A DNA stretch of 64,000 bases from a virus. Under the pieces are notes generated by a model. It was not told the origin of the DNA. It ran no database searches and saw nothing but the letters and a program-made list of their open reading frames with translations. The number at the start of each line of letters is the position of its first letter. Position 1 is the stretch's first letter. Positions 8,120-16,828 of this stretch are shown one piece after another. The translations under genes were made by a program, and so were the position numbers. The stretch covers positions 41,060 to 105,059 of IMG/VR virus record IMGVR_UViG_3300027797_000016. One strand, 5' to 3'.

Positions 8120-8265
8120 TTCAGTTCCTCCACCCGAACTTTTACAATACCATTAGACAAATCATCTGTATTATTATCTTCATCATAAACAGAGACTTCT
8201 ACATTATCATTAGCAAGATTGAGAACTTCTTTGATATATTCTGTGAGTTGTTTGTTTTTAGTCAT
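8116..8265 (-). CDS. Hypothetical protein, 49 aa (MTKNKQLTEY...)
   Basis: Translated by hand; coupled at both ends. Confidence 0.7.
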   Translation of the reverse strand: MTKNKQLTEYIKEVLNLANDNVEVSVYDEDNNTDDLSNGIVKVRVEELK

Positions 8266-8456
8266 TCCAGTTCCTCCACAGCATTAGCAATTTTGTTGAA
8301 GTCATCAGCAGTCAACCAAGCAAGTCCATAATCATCATACACAAAACTATCAGCAACAGCACGAATAGCAGCAGCAACTCCATCCTTTGGAAAGTTGTAA
8401 GTATCCTCTGCTTCGTATGCTCTCATAATCTTTTTTGCTCGTTCTTGATTAGTCAT
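8262..8456 (-). CDS. MTERA-family small protein
   Basis: ERAKKIM...AAAIRAVA. Confidence 0.8.
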   Translation of the reverse strand: MTNQERAKKIMRAYEAEDTYNFPKDGVAAAIRAVADSFVYDDYGLAWLTADDFNKIANAVEELE

Positions 8457-8680
8457 AATGCCTCCAATTCATTAGCAAGTTCATATAAAACTCTCGCATC
8501 AACTACCATATCTTCTACACCTTCCTCTTCACAACACTGGTAATACTGAAACTCATTCACAATCTCACGAATAGCAGCAGCAAGAGCATCATTATTAAGT
8601 TTTTGAATAATAAAATCTTGTCTTTTATCTGCGAAAGTGAGATAAAATGCTTCCATAATCCTTTGTGCTCGTTCAGTCAT
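8453..8680 (-). CDS. MTERA-family small protein
   Basis: ORF track. Confidence 0.8.
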   Translation of the reverse strand: MTERAQRIMEAFYLTFADKRQDFIIQKLNNDALAAAIREIVNEFQYYQCCEEEGVEDMVVDARVLYELANELEAL

Positions 8681-8886
8681 AATGCCTCCACATTATCAGC
8701 AAGTTCGTTGATATCTTCCATAATTTTATGGACTATTTCCCATTCAGCATACTGCATATAGGAAAGCACTACTTCAATAACAACCTCACGAATAGAAGAT
8801 GCTAATGCTTCTTTCATATCATCTGTTGGTTCTACAATCAATTCTGATTTGAATGTTTCCCAGATTTGGTATGCGGTGTTAGTCAT
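8677..8886 (-). CDS. MTERA-family small protein (start revised to MTNTAYQIW)
   Basis: First gene after promoter copy 4. Confidence 0.8.
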   Translation of the reverse strand: MTNTAYQIWETFKSELIVEPTDDMKEALASSIREVVIEVVLSYMQYAEWEIVHKIMEDINELADNVEAL

Positions 8887-8964
8887 CAGGTTTCTGTGTA
8901 TGAGAGTATTATAAGGCATCTGGTGCCCCTGTGGAGGGCTCTTGTGACGGTTCTTCAAGTGTCC
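8887..8964 (-). promoter_or_regulatory. PeSL-like early promoter module, copy 4
   Basis: GGACACTTGA, TATAAT; about 30 bp identical to copy 2. Confidence 0.8.
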
Positions 8965-9140
8965 TTATGATTAGTCATTCCATTCACATTTTCAATATTT
9001 TCCTTTACAAGTTCAATAAGAATATCTGATGCCCCTTTACATATGAGAGTTTCCCAATGACCAACTACAAGTTCATTATTTACAAGGTTTAGAAGGTCAA
9101 GAGCAAAGGAAATTGCTCTTTCCTGTTGTTCGTCAGTCAT
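8955..9140 (-). CDS. Hypothetical protein
   Basis: Start revised to MTDEQQ; stop lies in the promoter motif. Confidence 0.75.
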   Translation of the reverse strand: MTDEQQERAISFALDLLNLVNNELVVGHWETLICKGASDILIELVKENIENVNGMTNHKDT

Positions 9141-9544
9141 TTCTTCCAATCCTCATATTTAATCTTTTTACATTCAGTCCTATCTTTGAGTGTTAATACA
9201 CCTCCACAACTGCTTATCACTGGATTTTTACTGGTTTTATCAAGAACTTCAATATTTCCATTTGAATATTGAGCGATATATTTTCCACCGTCCCATTCAG
9301 GAAGTTCTAAATCATTGGGATTAGTAATCCATCCAATACCCCACCAATTAAATCCTTCATTATACACAACCATTAAAACACCTCCACTTTTCACTAGAAT
9401 AGAATGAGGATTTTCATTCAACCATTCTTGAATATATGGGTGATTTACAAGTTCTTCTGTGGTATCAAAGTCAAATTCCGAAGGATTGTCACCATCAACA
9501 AATCCAGGAATTCTTTGTCTAAAATGGTTTTTTGGTTTAGTCAT
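9137..9544 (-). CDS. Hypothetical protein
   Basis: ORF track; start revised to MTKPK. Confidence 0.8.
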   Translation of the reverse strand: MTKPKNHFRQRIPGFVDGDNPSEFDFDTTEELVNHPYIQEWLNENPHSILVKSGGVLMVVYNEGFNWWGIGWITNPNDLELPEWDGGKYIAQYSNGNIEVLDKTSKNPVISSCGGVLTLKDRTECKKIKYEDWKK

Positions 9545-9722
9545 TTTTCGTTCCTCCATAATAATGTTGTGCGTTGAGTGTTCTCCACATTACAATCTGC
9601 TCAAAACATTCTCCAAGAGAACGGCAAACAAAACTATCTTCATCTATTCCATCTGGTCCATCCCAGATTGTTGCCGTGTATCCTTTGGTTGGATGTGGGG
9701 TATAAGTGATTTCAATTCTCAT
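9537..9722 (-). CDS. Hypothetical protein
   Basis: ORF track. Confidence 0.8.
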   Translation of the reverse strand: MRIEITYTPHPTKGYTATIWDGPDGIDEDSFVCRSLGECFEQIVMWRTLNAQHYYGGTKND

Positions 9723-9886
9723 TCTTCATCCTCATCATCAGCACGACTTACACCAGAGTGAGTCATTTGGTAATTATAAACACCACGAACATCCCACATC
9801 ATATTTTTTAGTAGTTTTTCTGCTTCCTCATAAGTATCAGCAGCAATTACAACTTCACCAGAATATTTGAAGTGGTAGTCAGTCAT
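9719..9886 (-). CDS. Hypothetical protein (MTDYHFKY)
   Basis: GAGG RBS; start revised. Confidence 0.75.
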   Translation of the reverse strand: MTDYHFKYSGEVVIAADTYEEAEKLLKNMMWDVRGVYNYQMTHSGVSRADDEDEE

Positions 9887-9896
9887 TTCAGTTTCC

Positions 9897-10226
9897 TCAA
9901 AATTTCTCTTCAATTTCTTGTTTTGTTGCTACCTCTACACTAGGATAACTCACATCCTCATAATCACCAAAGTCAAAATCCATAATCAGTTTTGAGGCAA
10001 CATTATCACACAGATAATCCGCAAAAATGTTAGGGTCAAGTTCTCCGTCATCTGTAAGCATATCATCATTCTTATGCTTTTCGGGGTCAAACCTCATATA
10101 AAAAGTTACTTTATAACCTTTTAGATTTTTTAGATTATCTTTGTGTTTTTCTTGTTCCTTATGTTTTTGGATTTGAAGTTCAAGTTCGTCGATTTGGTCT
10201 TCTGTCAGTTGAGAAAGGTCAATCAT
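9897..10226 (-). CDS. Hypothetical acidic protein
   Basis: First gene after promoter copy 5. Confidence 0.8.
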   Translation of the reverse strand: MIDLSQLTEDQIDELELQIQKHKEQEKHKDNLKNLKGYKVTFYMRFDPEKHKNDDMLTDDGELDPNIFADYLCDNVASKLIMDFDFGDYEDVSYPSVEVATKQEIEEKF

Positions 10227-10305
10227 CGGTTTGGTTGCTTATGAGACTATTATAAGGCATCTGGTGGGATTTTGGGAAGTCCTTGTGCCAGCTCATCAGG
10301 TGTCC
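10227..10305 (-). promoter_or_regulatory. PeSL-like early promoter module, copy 5 (degenerate)
   Basis: GGACACCTGA...GGCACAA...CCAGATGCCTTATAAT. Confidence 0.7.
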
Positions 10306-10543
10306 TTGTTTCTTCTATTTTAGTTTCACTCAATCTTCCTATATTATAACCAGAATAAAAACTCGCATATATCCATTTTCTCATCAGGTCTTCACGGGTC
10401 TTTGGGTCTTCAACAGCACAATCTCCATAAAAGTATTCGTTTTTGAAAGAATAGTCAGTATGATTGGAATAAAACCATTCGTTGAAGGAAGTTTCAATAT
10501 TATCAACAAACTTCCAATCTTCTATCGGGTATTTTTTAGTCAT
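10250..10543 (-). CDS. Hypothetical protein; C-terminus is read through the promoter module
   Basis: ORF track. Confidence 0.75.
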   Translation of the reverse strand: MTKKYPIEDWKFVDNIETSFNEWFYSNHTDYSFKNEYFYGDCAVEDPKTREDLMRKWIYASFYSGYNIGRLSETKIEETRTPDELAQGLPKIPPDAL

Positions 10544-10749
10544 AAGTTTTCCCAGTCATAATCAAAAATAATTCTTTTATGTTTTATATCTGTGACGACA
10601 ATTACTTTACCCACACTATAAGGATTACTACTACATTCATCCCAGTGTTTCTTTGCTATTGATTTATCCGTTGTGCGACCAGAGTAATTTGCATCACCCA
10701 TACCATCAGCAGTTGTTCCAGCAAACAAAAGATACCAAGTTTCAGTCAT
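10540..10749 (-). CDS. Hypothetical protein
   Basis: ORF track. Confidence 0.8.
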   Translation of the reverse strand: MTETWYLLFAGTTADGMGDANYSGRTTDKSIAKKHWDECSSNPYSVGKVIVVTDIKHKRIIFDYDWENL

Positions 10750-11153
10750 TCAAACAACCTCTCATTTACTTCACGAATACAAGCATTATAACCAACAGAA
10801 TACTCTGGTAGTCCAACACCTTTTTTATATTCGGGAATATTCTCCCTAATCAAACGCAGCACTCTAATAGTCATATCGTCTATATCAACTCTCTCATCAA
10901 GGTTAGGTTTTAGCAATTCCCAGAGTTTATCATAAAAACTTTCAGGTTCTATGATGCGTTGATACTTCACACCCATAATGGTTGCGGTATCTCCTTCTAT
11001 GAGAACTGTTGAGATGTCTATTTCTTTAGTCATTTGTGATTTTAGATAAGGGCAATAGTCAGGTTCAAAACAAGCACTTTGAAAACTGGCACTTGTTTCT
11101 ACATCATCAGGAGCATAACACCAACCGCAGTCCAAGTATTTACAGGAATTCAT
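10746..11153 (-). CDS. Hypothetical protein with Cys-rich N-terminal module (MNSCKYLDCGWC)
   Basis: ATGA-coupled start at 11153; internal ATG at 11033. Confidence 0.75.
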   Translation of the reverse strand: MNSCKYLDCGWCYAPDDVETSASFQSACFEPDYCPYLKSQMTKEIDISTVLIEGDTATIMGVKYQRIIEPESFYDKLWELLKPNLDERVDIDDMTIRVLRLIRENIPEYKKGVGLPEYSVGYNACIREVNERLFE

Positions 11154-11335
11154 AGTTTTACGGGTTGTTGTAGGTCTTGTGTCCAAAGTTGTTTATATGT
11201 AATCCACCTTTCTACACCAGTTTCCTGTTGTGCCGTCCAGTGATTCCCATACTCATCAACCGCATCCAAATAATGAATACCTGTCTTGGGGCAGATTACT
11301 CTGGATACTTGTGTGAATTTTAGTCGTTCAGTCAT
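11150..11335 (-). CDS. Hypothetical protein
   Basis: ORF track. Confidence 0.8.
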   Translation of the reverse strand: MTERLKFTQVSRVICPKTGIHYLDAVDEYGNHWTAQQETGVERWITYKQLWTQDLQQPVKL

Positions 11336-11601
11336 AATTTTTCAAGTTCCATAATAACAGATTGAAGGTCTCTAACACCTATAACCCAGTCATCCTCTAC
11401 ATCATCTTCAATCTCATATACATTCTTGAATTGATTGATGAGTTCTTTGAGTAATTCGGCAACAGATTTATTATATTGAGAACATTCATATGCAATACCG
11501 TAAATATAAGTATCTCTTCCGGTTTCTGGATGATTATAATTCTCTGGATGGTTCGGGTTGTGAAGATAAATCGCACCCGTTAGTTTTTCAGTTTCAATCA
11601 T
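11332..11601 (-). CDS. Hypothetical protein; C-terminus resembles the MTERA family
   Basis: ORF track. Confidence 0.8.
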   Translation of the reverse strand: MIETEKLTGAIYLHNPNHPENYNHPETGRDTYIYGIAYECSQYNKSVAELLKELINQFKNVYEIEDDVEDDWVIGVRDLQSVIMELEKL

Positions 11602-11610
11602 TTTAGTTCC

Positions 11611-11778
11611 TCAAATATAAGTATTACAAAAACTACGATGTCCTTTTACCCATTCAACTGCCTTTTCAATATTCCCATCACACATATAAAGACCTTTCAA
11701 ACACTCCAAATACCCAGCACCAGTTTTTTCACGAACTTCTGGAACTAACTTTTTATAATATTGTATTTTTTCAGTCAT
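11611..11778 (-). CDS. 55-aa protein resembling the EF-Ts N-terminal (UBA-like) domain
   Basis: [55 protein letters not shown]; matches the EF-Ts pattern [20 protein letters not shown]...GD.EKA.EWL; ATGA-coupled. Confidence 0.75.
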   Translation of the reverse strand: MTEKIQYYKKLVPEVREKTGAGYLECLKGLYMCDGNIEKAVEWVKGHRSFCNTYI

Positions 11779-12032
11779 TCCCCCCACCCCTCAAAGTATT
11801 CCGCAAAAAATGCAAATCCTAACCCGAATTTATATTGTTGCATATTTACACTAAAAAGAGAAGAACCGAAGAAAGAAAGCAAGATGTTAAACCCCCCAGA
11901 AGAATGAACTATACCACCAGGAGTATCATAATACACCCAAAGAAATGAACGATTTTTGAGAATACCAAACTGCCAAGTGTGGGAGGTTTCACCATTATCC
12001 CAAACTTTTTTATCGTGCTGGAAGAGTTTCAT
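11775..12032 (-). CDS. Hypothetical beta-rich protein (family with 13531 and 13996)
   Basis: Start revised to MKLFQH after promoter copy 6. Confidence 0.8.
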   Translation of the reverse strand: MKLFQHDKKVWDNGETSHTWQFGILKNRSFLWVYYDTPGGIVHSSGGFNILLSFFGSSLFSVNMQQYKFGLGFAFFAEYFEGWGE

Positions 12033-12110
12033 CAGGTCTTTGTGTATGAGGTCATTATACGACAAGGGCACTCGGTTTCAAGTGCCCTTGTTCCAGTTTC
12101 TCAAGTGTCC
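12033..12110 (-). promoter_or_regulatory. PeSL-like early promoter module, copy 6
   Basis: Near-identical to copy 3; TTGAAA-16-TATAAT. Confidence 0.85.
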
Positions 12111-12129
12111 TCAGTTTCTACCAAATACC

Positions 12130-13053
12130 TTATACAACACTATTAATCCAGTTACGATCTGGTTGTAAACTCTCTTGATTTCTCAGCATAGTGCCCTTAA
12201 ATCCATCCATCACCCAAACACTTCTACCATCATCCCAAGCATTTTGTAATCCAGCAACATTAGACCACAAAGGCCAAGCATGATCGGTATCAAGTATTTG
12301 TGGTCCTTTAAATCCAGATAGTTTTGTTGGACCAGATGGAGCAATCCAATCAGCATCAATATTAGTTAACCAATCTTGTGTCCTACCCTTTGATGGTTTC
12401 ATTCCAGTAGCATAAGATGCTCCAACTGGTTTATCAGTATAACCTTTCACCCACTCAATCACTTTACCCTGAAACCATTTTACAGATTCACGATTTAACT
12501 CATTACCAACTTCATATATCACATTATCATACTTTTCAAGTCGTGATGTAACCTCTTTTACATGAGCACGTTGATACTTATTCCACGGACCTCTACTATG
12601 AACTTGTGAAGGATCTTTTGGTCCATTTTTTATACCATTAAAGGGATGTAACCTCCAAGAATCACCACCCTTTGGAAAATATGGAACAATAGCACCCTCA
12701 AACAAACAAACACCCACAGTAATACCAAGTTCATCTGCTGCTTTGACTGCTCTCTCCAGAGCATCATAGTATCCACGATTTAACCTCCCACTTTTATCTT
12801 TTCTCCACGGCACATCATCAATCTTCACAACTCCTGGTGTATTACTTCCCCAAGGAGAAGCAGCAAAGTTTGCTCCTCCTGTCTCTATAGTCCACAGACG
12901 AGTAAAGTTTCCAGTAATCTTATTCATACCAATAAGTTCACCATTTATAGCCTGAACCGTATTCCAAGTATGATTACCTGCCAATTGTTCTTTCTTTCCG
13001 TCAATATAAAAGTTATTACGTTTAATTGTAATCCCAGTTATATTGTCTTCCAT
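12130..13053 (-). CDS. Putative clan GH-A (GH5/DUF4038-like) TIM-barrel glycoside hydrolase
   Basis: AVKAADELGITVGVCLF and NVIYEVGNE motifs; late-promoter-like ATAAATA at about 13078-13084. Confidence 0.6.
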   Translation of the reverse strand: MEDNITGITIKRNNFYIDGKKEQLAGNHTWNTVQAINGELIGMNKITGNFTRLWTIETGGANFAASPWGSNTPGVVKIDDVPWRKDKSGRLNRGYYDALERAVKAADELGITVGVCLFEGAIVPYFPKGGDSWRLHPFNGIKNGPKDPSQVHSRGPWNKYQRAHVKEVTSRLEKYDNVIYEVGNELNRESVKWFQGKVIEWVKGYTDKPVGASYATGMKPSKGRTQDWLTNIDADWIAPSGPTKLSGFKGPQILDTDHAWPLWSNVAGLQNAWDDGRSVWVMDGFKGTMLRNQESLQPDRNWINSVV

Positions 13054-13107
13054 TTTATTCCCATTACTGATATCTTGTATTTATTTGATCATCAGTATCC
13101 TCATCAA

Positions 13108-13392
13108 TCATTGAGGTGTCTCTGTTACTGGGGGTGGAGGGGTTAATGGTGGTAGTATAACAGGTTCTGGTGCTGGTAGTTGTAGTGGTTGTGGTTGTGG
13201 TTGTGGTTGTGCTTCTACAACTGGTTTTTGTGTTTTTACTTCTTCCAGTTGTTTCTCAAGTTGAATAATCTTCTCCTCAAGTATTGGTGAAGGAATATTT
13301 GTAGAACCTTCAGCAAGTTTATAACCAGCAACACTCACACCAAAGATACTTGAGAGTGCTGCAACAATAGAAACAGTCTTAGTGAAACTCAT
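13108..13392 (-). CDS. Membrane-anchored Pro/Gln-rich protein
   Basis: ORF track. Confidence 0.8.
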   Translation of the reverse strand: MSFTKTVSIVAALSSIFGVSVAGYKLAEGSTNIPSPILEEKIIQLEKQLEEVKTQKPVVEAQPQPQPQPLQLPAPEPVILPPLTPPPPVTETPQ

Positions 13393-13394
13393 AA

Positions 13395-13538
13395 TCAGTC
13401 AGCAAGTCCTACGATGGGTTTAATGTTCATAAAGTCGTTATACAGCAACCTGGCGAATATAATGTGGGGTTTCTGTCTAGTTTCAATTGCTGAACTGGTT
13501 GCGACTGCCCACAGTATATTCAGTTCTTTTTCAGTCAT
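13395..13538 (-). CDS. Hypothetical protein, 47 aa (MTEKELNILW...)
   Basis: Translated by hand. Confidence 0.65.
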   Translation of the reverse strand: MTEKELNILWAVATSSAIETRQKPHIIFARLLYNDFMNIKPIVGLAD

Positions 13539-13809
13539 CATAATTGCACTTATTATCCTCAATATTATTCAAATAATCCCATTTCCAAGTTCTTGATGCG
13601 AGACTCACATCAAATCCTATGCGATGGACCCAAAATAGAAGTCCAAAGAGACCATTAGAACCTACATTAATTTGCAGATAAGGCCATCCTGCATAATCGT
13701 TAATGGAAAATGAGACCTGAAGTAAACTCCAATTTCTTATATTGAGAATTTGTACATAGAAATCCGTTCCAAAATCTTTTCTAACATTAAATTGAATTAG
13801 TTTTTTCAT
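13531..13809 (-). CDS. Hypothetical beta-rich protein (family)
   Basis: DFG.(D/E).Y..IL.I...LLQ motif shared with 13996. Confidence 0.8.
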   Translation of the reverse strand: MKKLIQFNVRKDFGTDFYVQILNIRNWSLLQVSFSINDYAGWPYLQINVGSNGLFGLLFWVHRIGFDVSLASRTWKWDYLNNIEDNKCNYDD

Positions 13810-14003
13810 TCTTGGAGTTCCTGTGCGAGTTGTATCATATCATCACGGTCTAAAACTTGCAAATCATTTTGTGCTGTATAAGACCTTACAGTTTCTGCAG
13901 CAACTTGTAGAATTGCAGAAACCAGTTTCTCTTCAGTATCAGCACCTTGATTGTTTCTACAGTCCCAGATTGCATTCATAAAATCCCGTGCTCTTTCAGT
14001 CAT
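13806..14003 (-). CDS. MTERA-family small protein
   Basis: MTERARDFM... Confidence 0.8.
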   Translation of the reverse strand: MTERARDFMNAIWDCRNNQGADTEEKLVSAILQVAAETVRSYTAQNDLQVLDRDDMIQLAQELQE

Positions 14004-14259
14004 TTGCAATTCCCTCCCGATAAGAATTTAAGTTTCTACAGAACCAAGAAAGAACATCAACAGAAACACCATACCTCCAGATTGTAAGGTCAAATCCAAA
14101 TAAGGAAGAGTGTCCAACATTTACAAGCAAACCAGAACTTCCTGCATATTCATTAAGGTCAATATTAAACTGAAGCAGACATAATCGTTTGATTTGTAGA
14201 ATATTCAGGTAATACTCTTTGCCAAAATCATCAACAAACAGATAATCAATTAGTTTCAT
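13996..14259 (-). CDS. Hypothetical beta-rich protein (family)
   Basis: Start revised to MKLIDY. Confidence 0.8.
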   Translation of the reverse strand: MKLIDYLFVDDFGKEYYLNILQIKRLCLLQFNIDLNEYAGSSGLLVNVGHSSLFGFDLTIWRYGVSVDVLSWFCRNLNSYREGIAND

Positions 14260-14434
14260 TGTTTTCATCCTCAAAGTCAAAGTATTCGTGAATTTGTTCC
14301 ATTACACACATTTCAATATGGTCACAGATAGACTCTTCAGTCGGGTTCTCAATATGCTTATGAGCACGACGATAACCCCGACACACACCCTCCTCGATTG
14401 CTCGTTCCAGTATAACAAGTGTTTTTACTTTCAT
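14246..14434 (-). CDS. Hypothetical protein
   Basis: ORF track. Confidence 0.8.
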   Translation of the reverse strand: MKVKTLVILERAIEEGVCRGYRRAHKHIENPTEESICDHIEMCVMEQIHEYFDFEDENNETN

Positions 14435-15036
14435 TTGCTCAACTCCTTAATACCTTTTTGCAAGTATCCATAATCTCTTGTTTCAGTAATGTTTTTCACT
14501 TCTCCACAAACATTACACTTACCTTCCCAGACCGATGATACTCTGTCGTGGTATTCTCCATATTTACTTCCACAATCAAAACAAACTACATCAGCATTCT
14601 TAAGGGTATCAACAGTCACCTCATTTTCAGCACACATTGCAGAAATTTCTTCCTCTGTATATTGCTCTGCAGAAGGATTAAGTGCGCGGGAGAGTTTTGC
14701 TTTTAGGTCACGAACTTCTGCTTCTAACTTACAGACCTCATCACGATAATCCTCAACCAATTTTAGATCATACTCTTCAGCAATCTTACGCATCTCTTCT
14801 TCACTACGCATATCATTAAAGGTGACAGCACAAGCACCTTTCATAATACCCATTTCAGTATGTCCAATCGCACGTGCAAAGTTACTGAAGAGAGTAAAGA
14901 GTTGAGTTGAGTTCAGGTCTTGAGCAGGAACCTCAAAGGTATAATGCTCCTCTGGAAGTGTCTCATCATCATAGATACCACCAGTGTGGTCCCAAGTGGA
15001 ATCAAATTTGAGAGTGATTTTTGCTTCGTAGGTCAT
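14431..15036 (-). CDS. Hypothetical protein with C-terminal zinc ribbon (CxxC...CxxC)
   Basis: Start revised to MTYEAK after promoter copy 7. Confidence 0.85.
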   Translation of the reverse strand: MTYEAKITLKFDSTWDHTGGIYDDETLPEEHYTFEVPAQDLNSTQLFTLFSNFARAIGHTEMGIMKGACAVTFNDMRSEEEMRKIAEEYDLKLVEDYRDEVCKLEAEVRDLKAKLSRALNPSAEQYTEEEISAMCAENEVTVDTLKNADVVCFDCGSKYGEYHDRVSSVWEGKCNVCGEVKNITETRDYGYLQKGIKELSK

Positions 15037-15115
15037 TGCTTTGGATTTGTATGTACATACTATAAGACCCTCAACTGCGAAAGTCAAGGGTCAGTGGACG
15101 GTTTGTAAAGTGTCT
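15037..15115 (-). promoter_or_regulatory. PeSL-like early promoter module, copy 7
   Basis: GACACTTTACAAACCGTC; hairpin GACCCTTGACT/AGTTGAGGGTC; TTGACT-17-TATAGT. Confidence 0.8.
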
Positions 15116-15299
15116 ATGAAATCAAAACTTCTTTACATATTCGTTTACATACTTGTTGATTTTCATCACACTCAATTAGACACTGATAGTAATCGTTAAT
15201 CAAATCATTATGTTCGTTAGATTTTTCAGTTATTCCTCCAAGATTTTGAGTAGTATCGTTCCAACCTGCAAGTTGATTAAAGGAAATTAAGTTATGCAT
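15114..15299 (-). CDS. Small cyanophage/cyanobacterial-type protein (MHNLIS.NQLA...DYY.CLIEC...C...C)
   Basis: Motif recalled from cyanophages; GAGG RBS. Confidence 0.75.
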   Translation of the reverse strand: MHNLISFNQLAGWNDTTQNLGGITEKSNEHNDLINDYYQCLIECDENQQVCKRICKEVLIS

Positions 15300-15410
15300 A
15301 ATAGCCTCTACGCACAAGTAACATTATAATAAAGAGTTTTTATGTTGTTGTATTCTCACCTTACTATTTTAACATCATAAGTTCTTTTTGTGTTGATTTC
15401 TTAACATATC

Positions 15411-15719
15411 TCAATCTCTTCTCATTTCATCGTCATTACGAAAGAAATCTGCAATATCATCAACACTATTAAATTTAGTGCGATGGTTTCTGGGATCAGG
15501 ATCACCCAGGTCAAGAGCATTTAGAAATCCATCAAGACTTTCTTCAGTCATTTCTGGATTTGCTGCTTTTCTACGTGCTTGTCTTAATATTGATCCAGCA
15601 CTTCTGTTAGATTTACTTAATTTTTCTGCCCATATTACATCACTTAAACTTACTTCTTCTTGATTTGCAATACGATCACATATCTCCTGAAGACGAACAC
15701 GGTAAGCAGTTGATAACAT
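15411..15719 (-). CDS. Conserved cyanomyovirus-type hypothetical protein (MLSTAYR)
   Basis: ORF track; late promoter at about 15743. Confidence 0.85.
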   Translation of the reverse strand: MLSTAYRVRLQEICDRIANQEEVSLSDVIWAEKLSKSNRSAGSILRQARRKAANPEMTEESLDGFLNALDLGDPDPRNHRTKFNSVDDIADFFRNDDEMRRD

Positions 15720-15745
15720 AATGGTATTATCCAGATATGGTGTAT

Positions 15746-15919
15746 TTATTGTTCTTTTAACATTTTAAAATACATCTTATAATACTTCTGTTTCATTTTT
15801 TGTATATATTCATACTCTTCTGGTTCATCATAACAACTCAAAAGGTATGAAATTCCCTCCAATTCACTAATCAATCGTGCTATTGTCGTTGGATGCTTTG
15901 GATCTACGTTCCATTTCAT
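15746..15919 (-). CDS. Hypothetical protein (MKWNVDPKHP)
   Basis: Start revised. Confidence 0.7.
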   Translation of the reverse strand: MKWNVDPKHPTTIARLISELEGISYLLSCYDEPEEYEYIQKMKQKYYKMYFKMLKEQ

Positions 15920-16133
15920 CTTGTATTTCTTTTGCAAGTTTATATGATCTTTGCTCAATATTCCATCTAACAATAGGATTTCGTGGGTCATTTAGTATTA
16001 TCCATTTTGTTTTCTCATAATGAAGACGCAAAAGATGACTTGAGTAGGATACAAGACCAGCAACGTTCTCATCAGTTGCAATGAGATATGCGATACAGAA
16101 AAATATGAGAAGATAAAGGTATACTGAATTCAT
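15867..16133 (-). CDS. Hypothetical membrane-anchored protein
   Basis: ORF track. Confidence 0.75.
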   Translation of the reverse strand: MNSVYLYLLIFFCIAYLIATDENVAGLVSYSSHLLRLHYEKTKWIILNDPRNPIVRWNIEQRSYKLAKEIQDEMERRSKASNDNSTID

Positions 16134-16155
16134 TATAAGAATAATTACATCTTAC

Positions 16156-16353
16156 TTATTTAATCATTCTCCAGTTCTTATCCTCGTTGTTTTCGTTCAT
16201 CCAAAACTCATATCGTCCAGAGATACTTTCCAGTTTCATCATTCCATCTTTACGGTCGGTGACTCTGCAAGAATGTAGTCGGTCCATATCATATACAAAG
16301 ATATCCTTCGCATTAGAATTTTTTGGGCTGACATAAACGAATTCAGTTTTCAT
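16156..16353 (-). CDS. Hypothetical protein
   Basis: ORF track. Confidence 0.8.
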   Translation of the reverse strand: MKTEFVYVSPKNSNAKDIFVYDMDRLHSCRVTDRKDGMMKLESISGRYEFWMNENNEDKNWRMIK

Positions 16354-16408
16354 AATGTTTTTAAGTGGTTAAAAGTAGTCTCAAACCTAACAAAGGTATT
16401 ATACAGGT

Positions 16409-16828
16409 TTATTGAGTATCCGTCAAGTATTGTTGGTACAGGATGCGTTCATTCCATCTCGCAGCAATTTCGTGGGGTTGTTCCCAGTACTCCAAGTTCT
16501 CCATACATTCACCTTTGTAGTATCTTTTAGATGCTTTGAGTTTTAGTTCTCCTTTACAAAATTGCAGGACATGATATAATTCATGAATCAATGTTTTTGT
16601 ATAAGTTTCCTTATCCAAGTGAGTATCCAGTTCAATAAGAAACTCACGAGGATTGTAATGTCTTCCAGCAACATCACAATATCCATATGCCTGCTCTTTT
16701 TTCATACCACGATGAAGAACCTCAATCTCCAGTTTGTGCCTTGGAAGATGCTTGGATACAAACCAACTCACCACATCTTCACAGAGTGTCTTGGAGTAAC
16801 CATACCCTTCTGTGTAAAGCGTTAGCAT
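16409..16828 (-). CDS. Putative zinc metallopeptidase (HExxH)
   Basis: LIHELYHVLQ ... PHEIAA. Confidence 0.75.
   Translation of the reverse strand: MLTLYTEGYGYSKTLCEDVVSWFVSKHLPRHKLEIEVLHRGMKKEQAYGYCDVAGRHYNPREFLIELDTHLDKETYTKTLIHELYHVLQFCKGELKLKASKRYYKGECMENLEYWEQPHEIAARWNERILYQQYLTDTQ

Noticed and set aside
8887-8958. N-terminal extensions in the ORF track (8958, 7679, 12071, 15087, 4692, 43526, 44837)
   Set aside because: They translate promoter or leader sequence; downstream ATGs fit the promoter and leader architecture better
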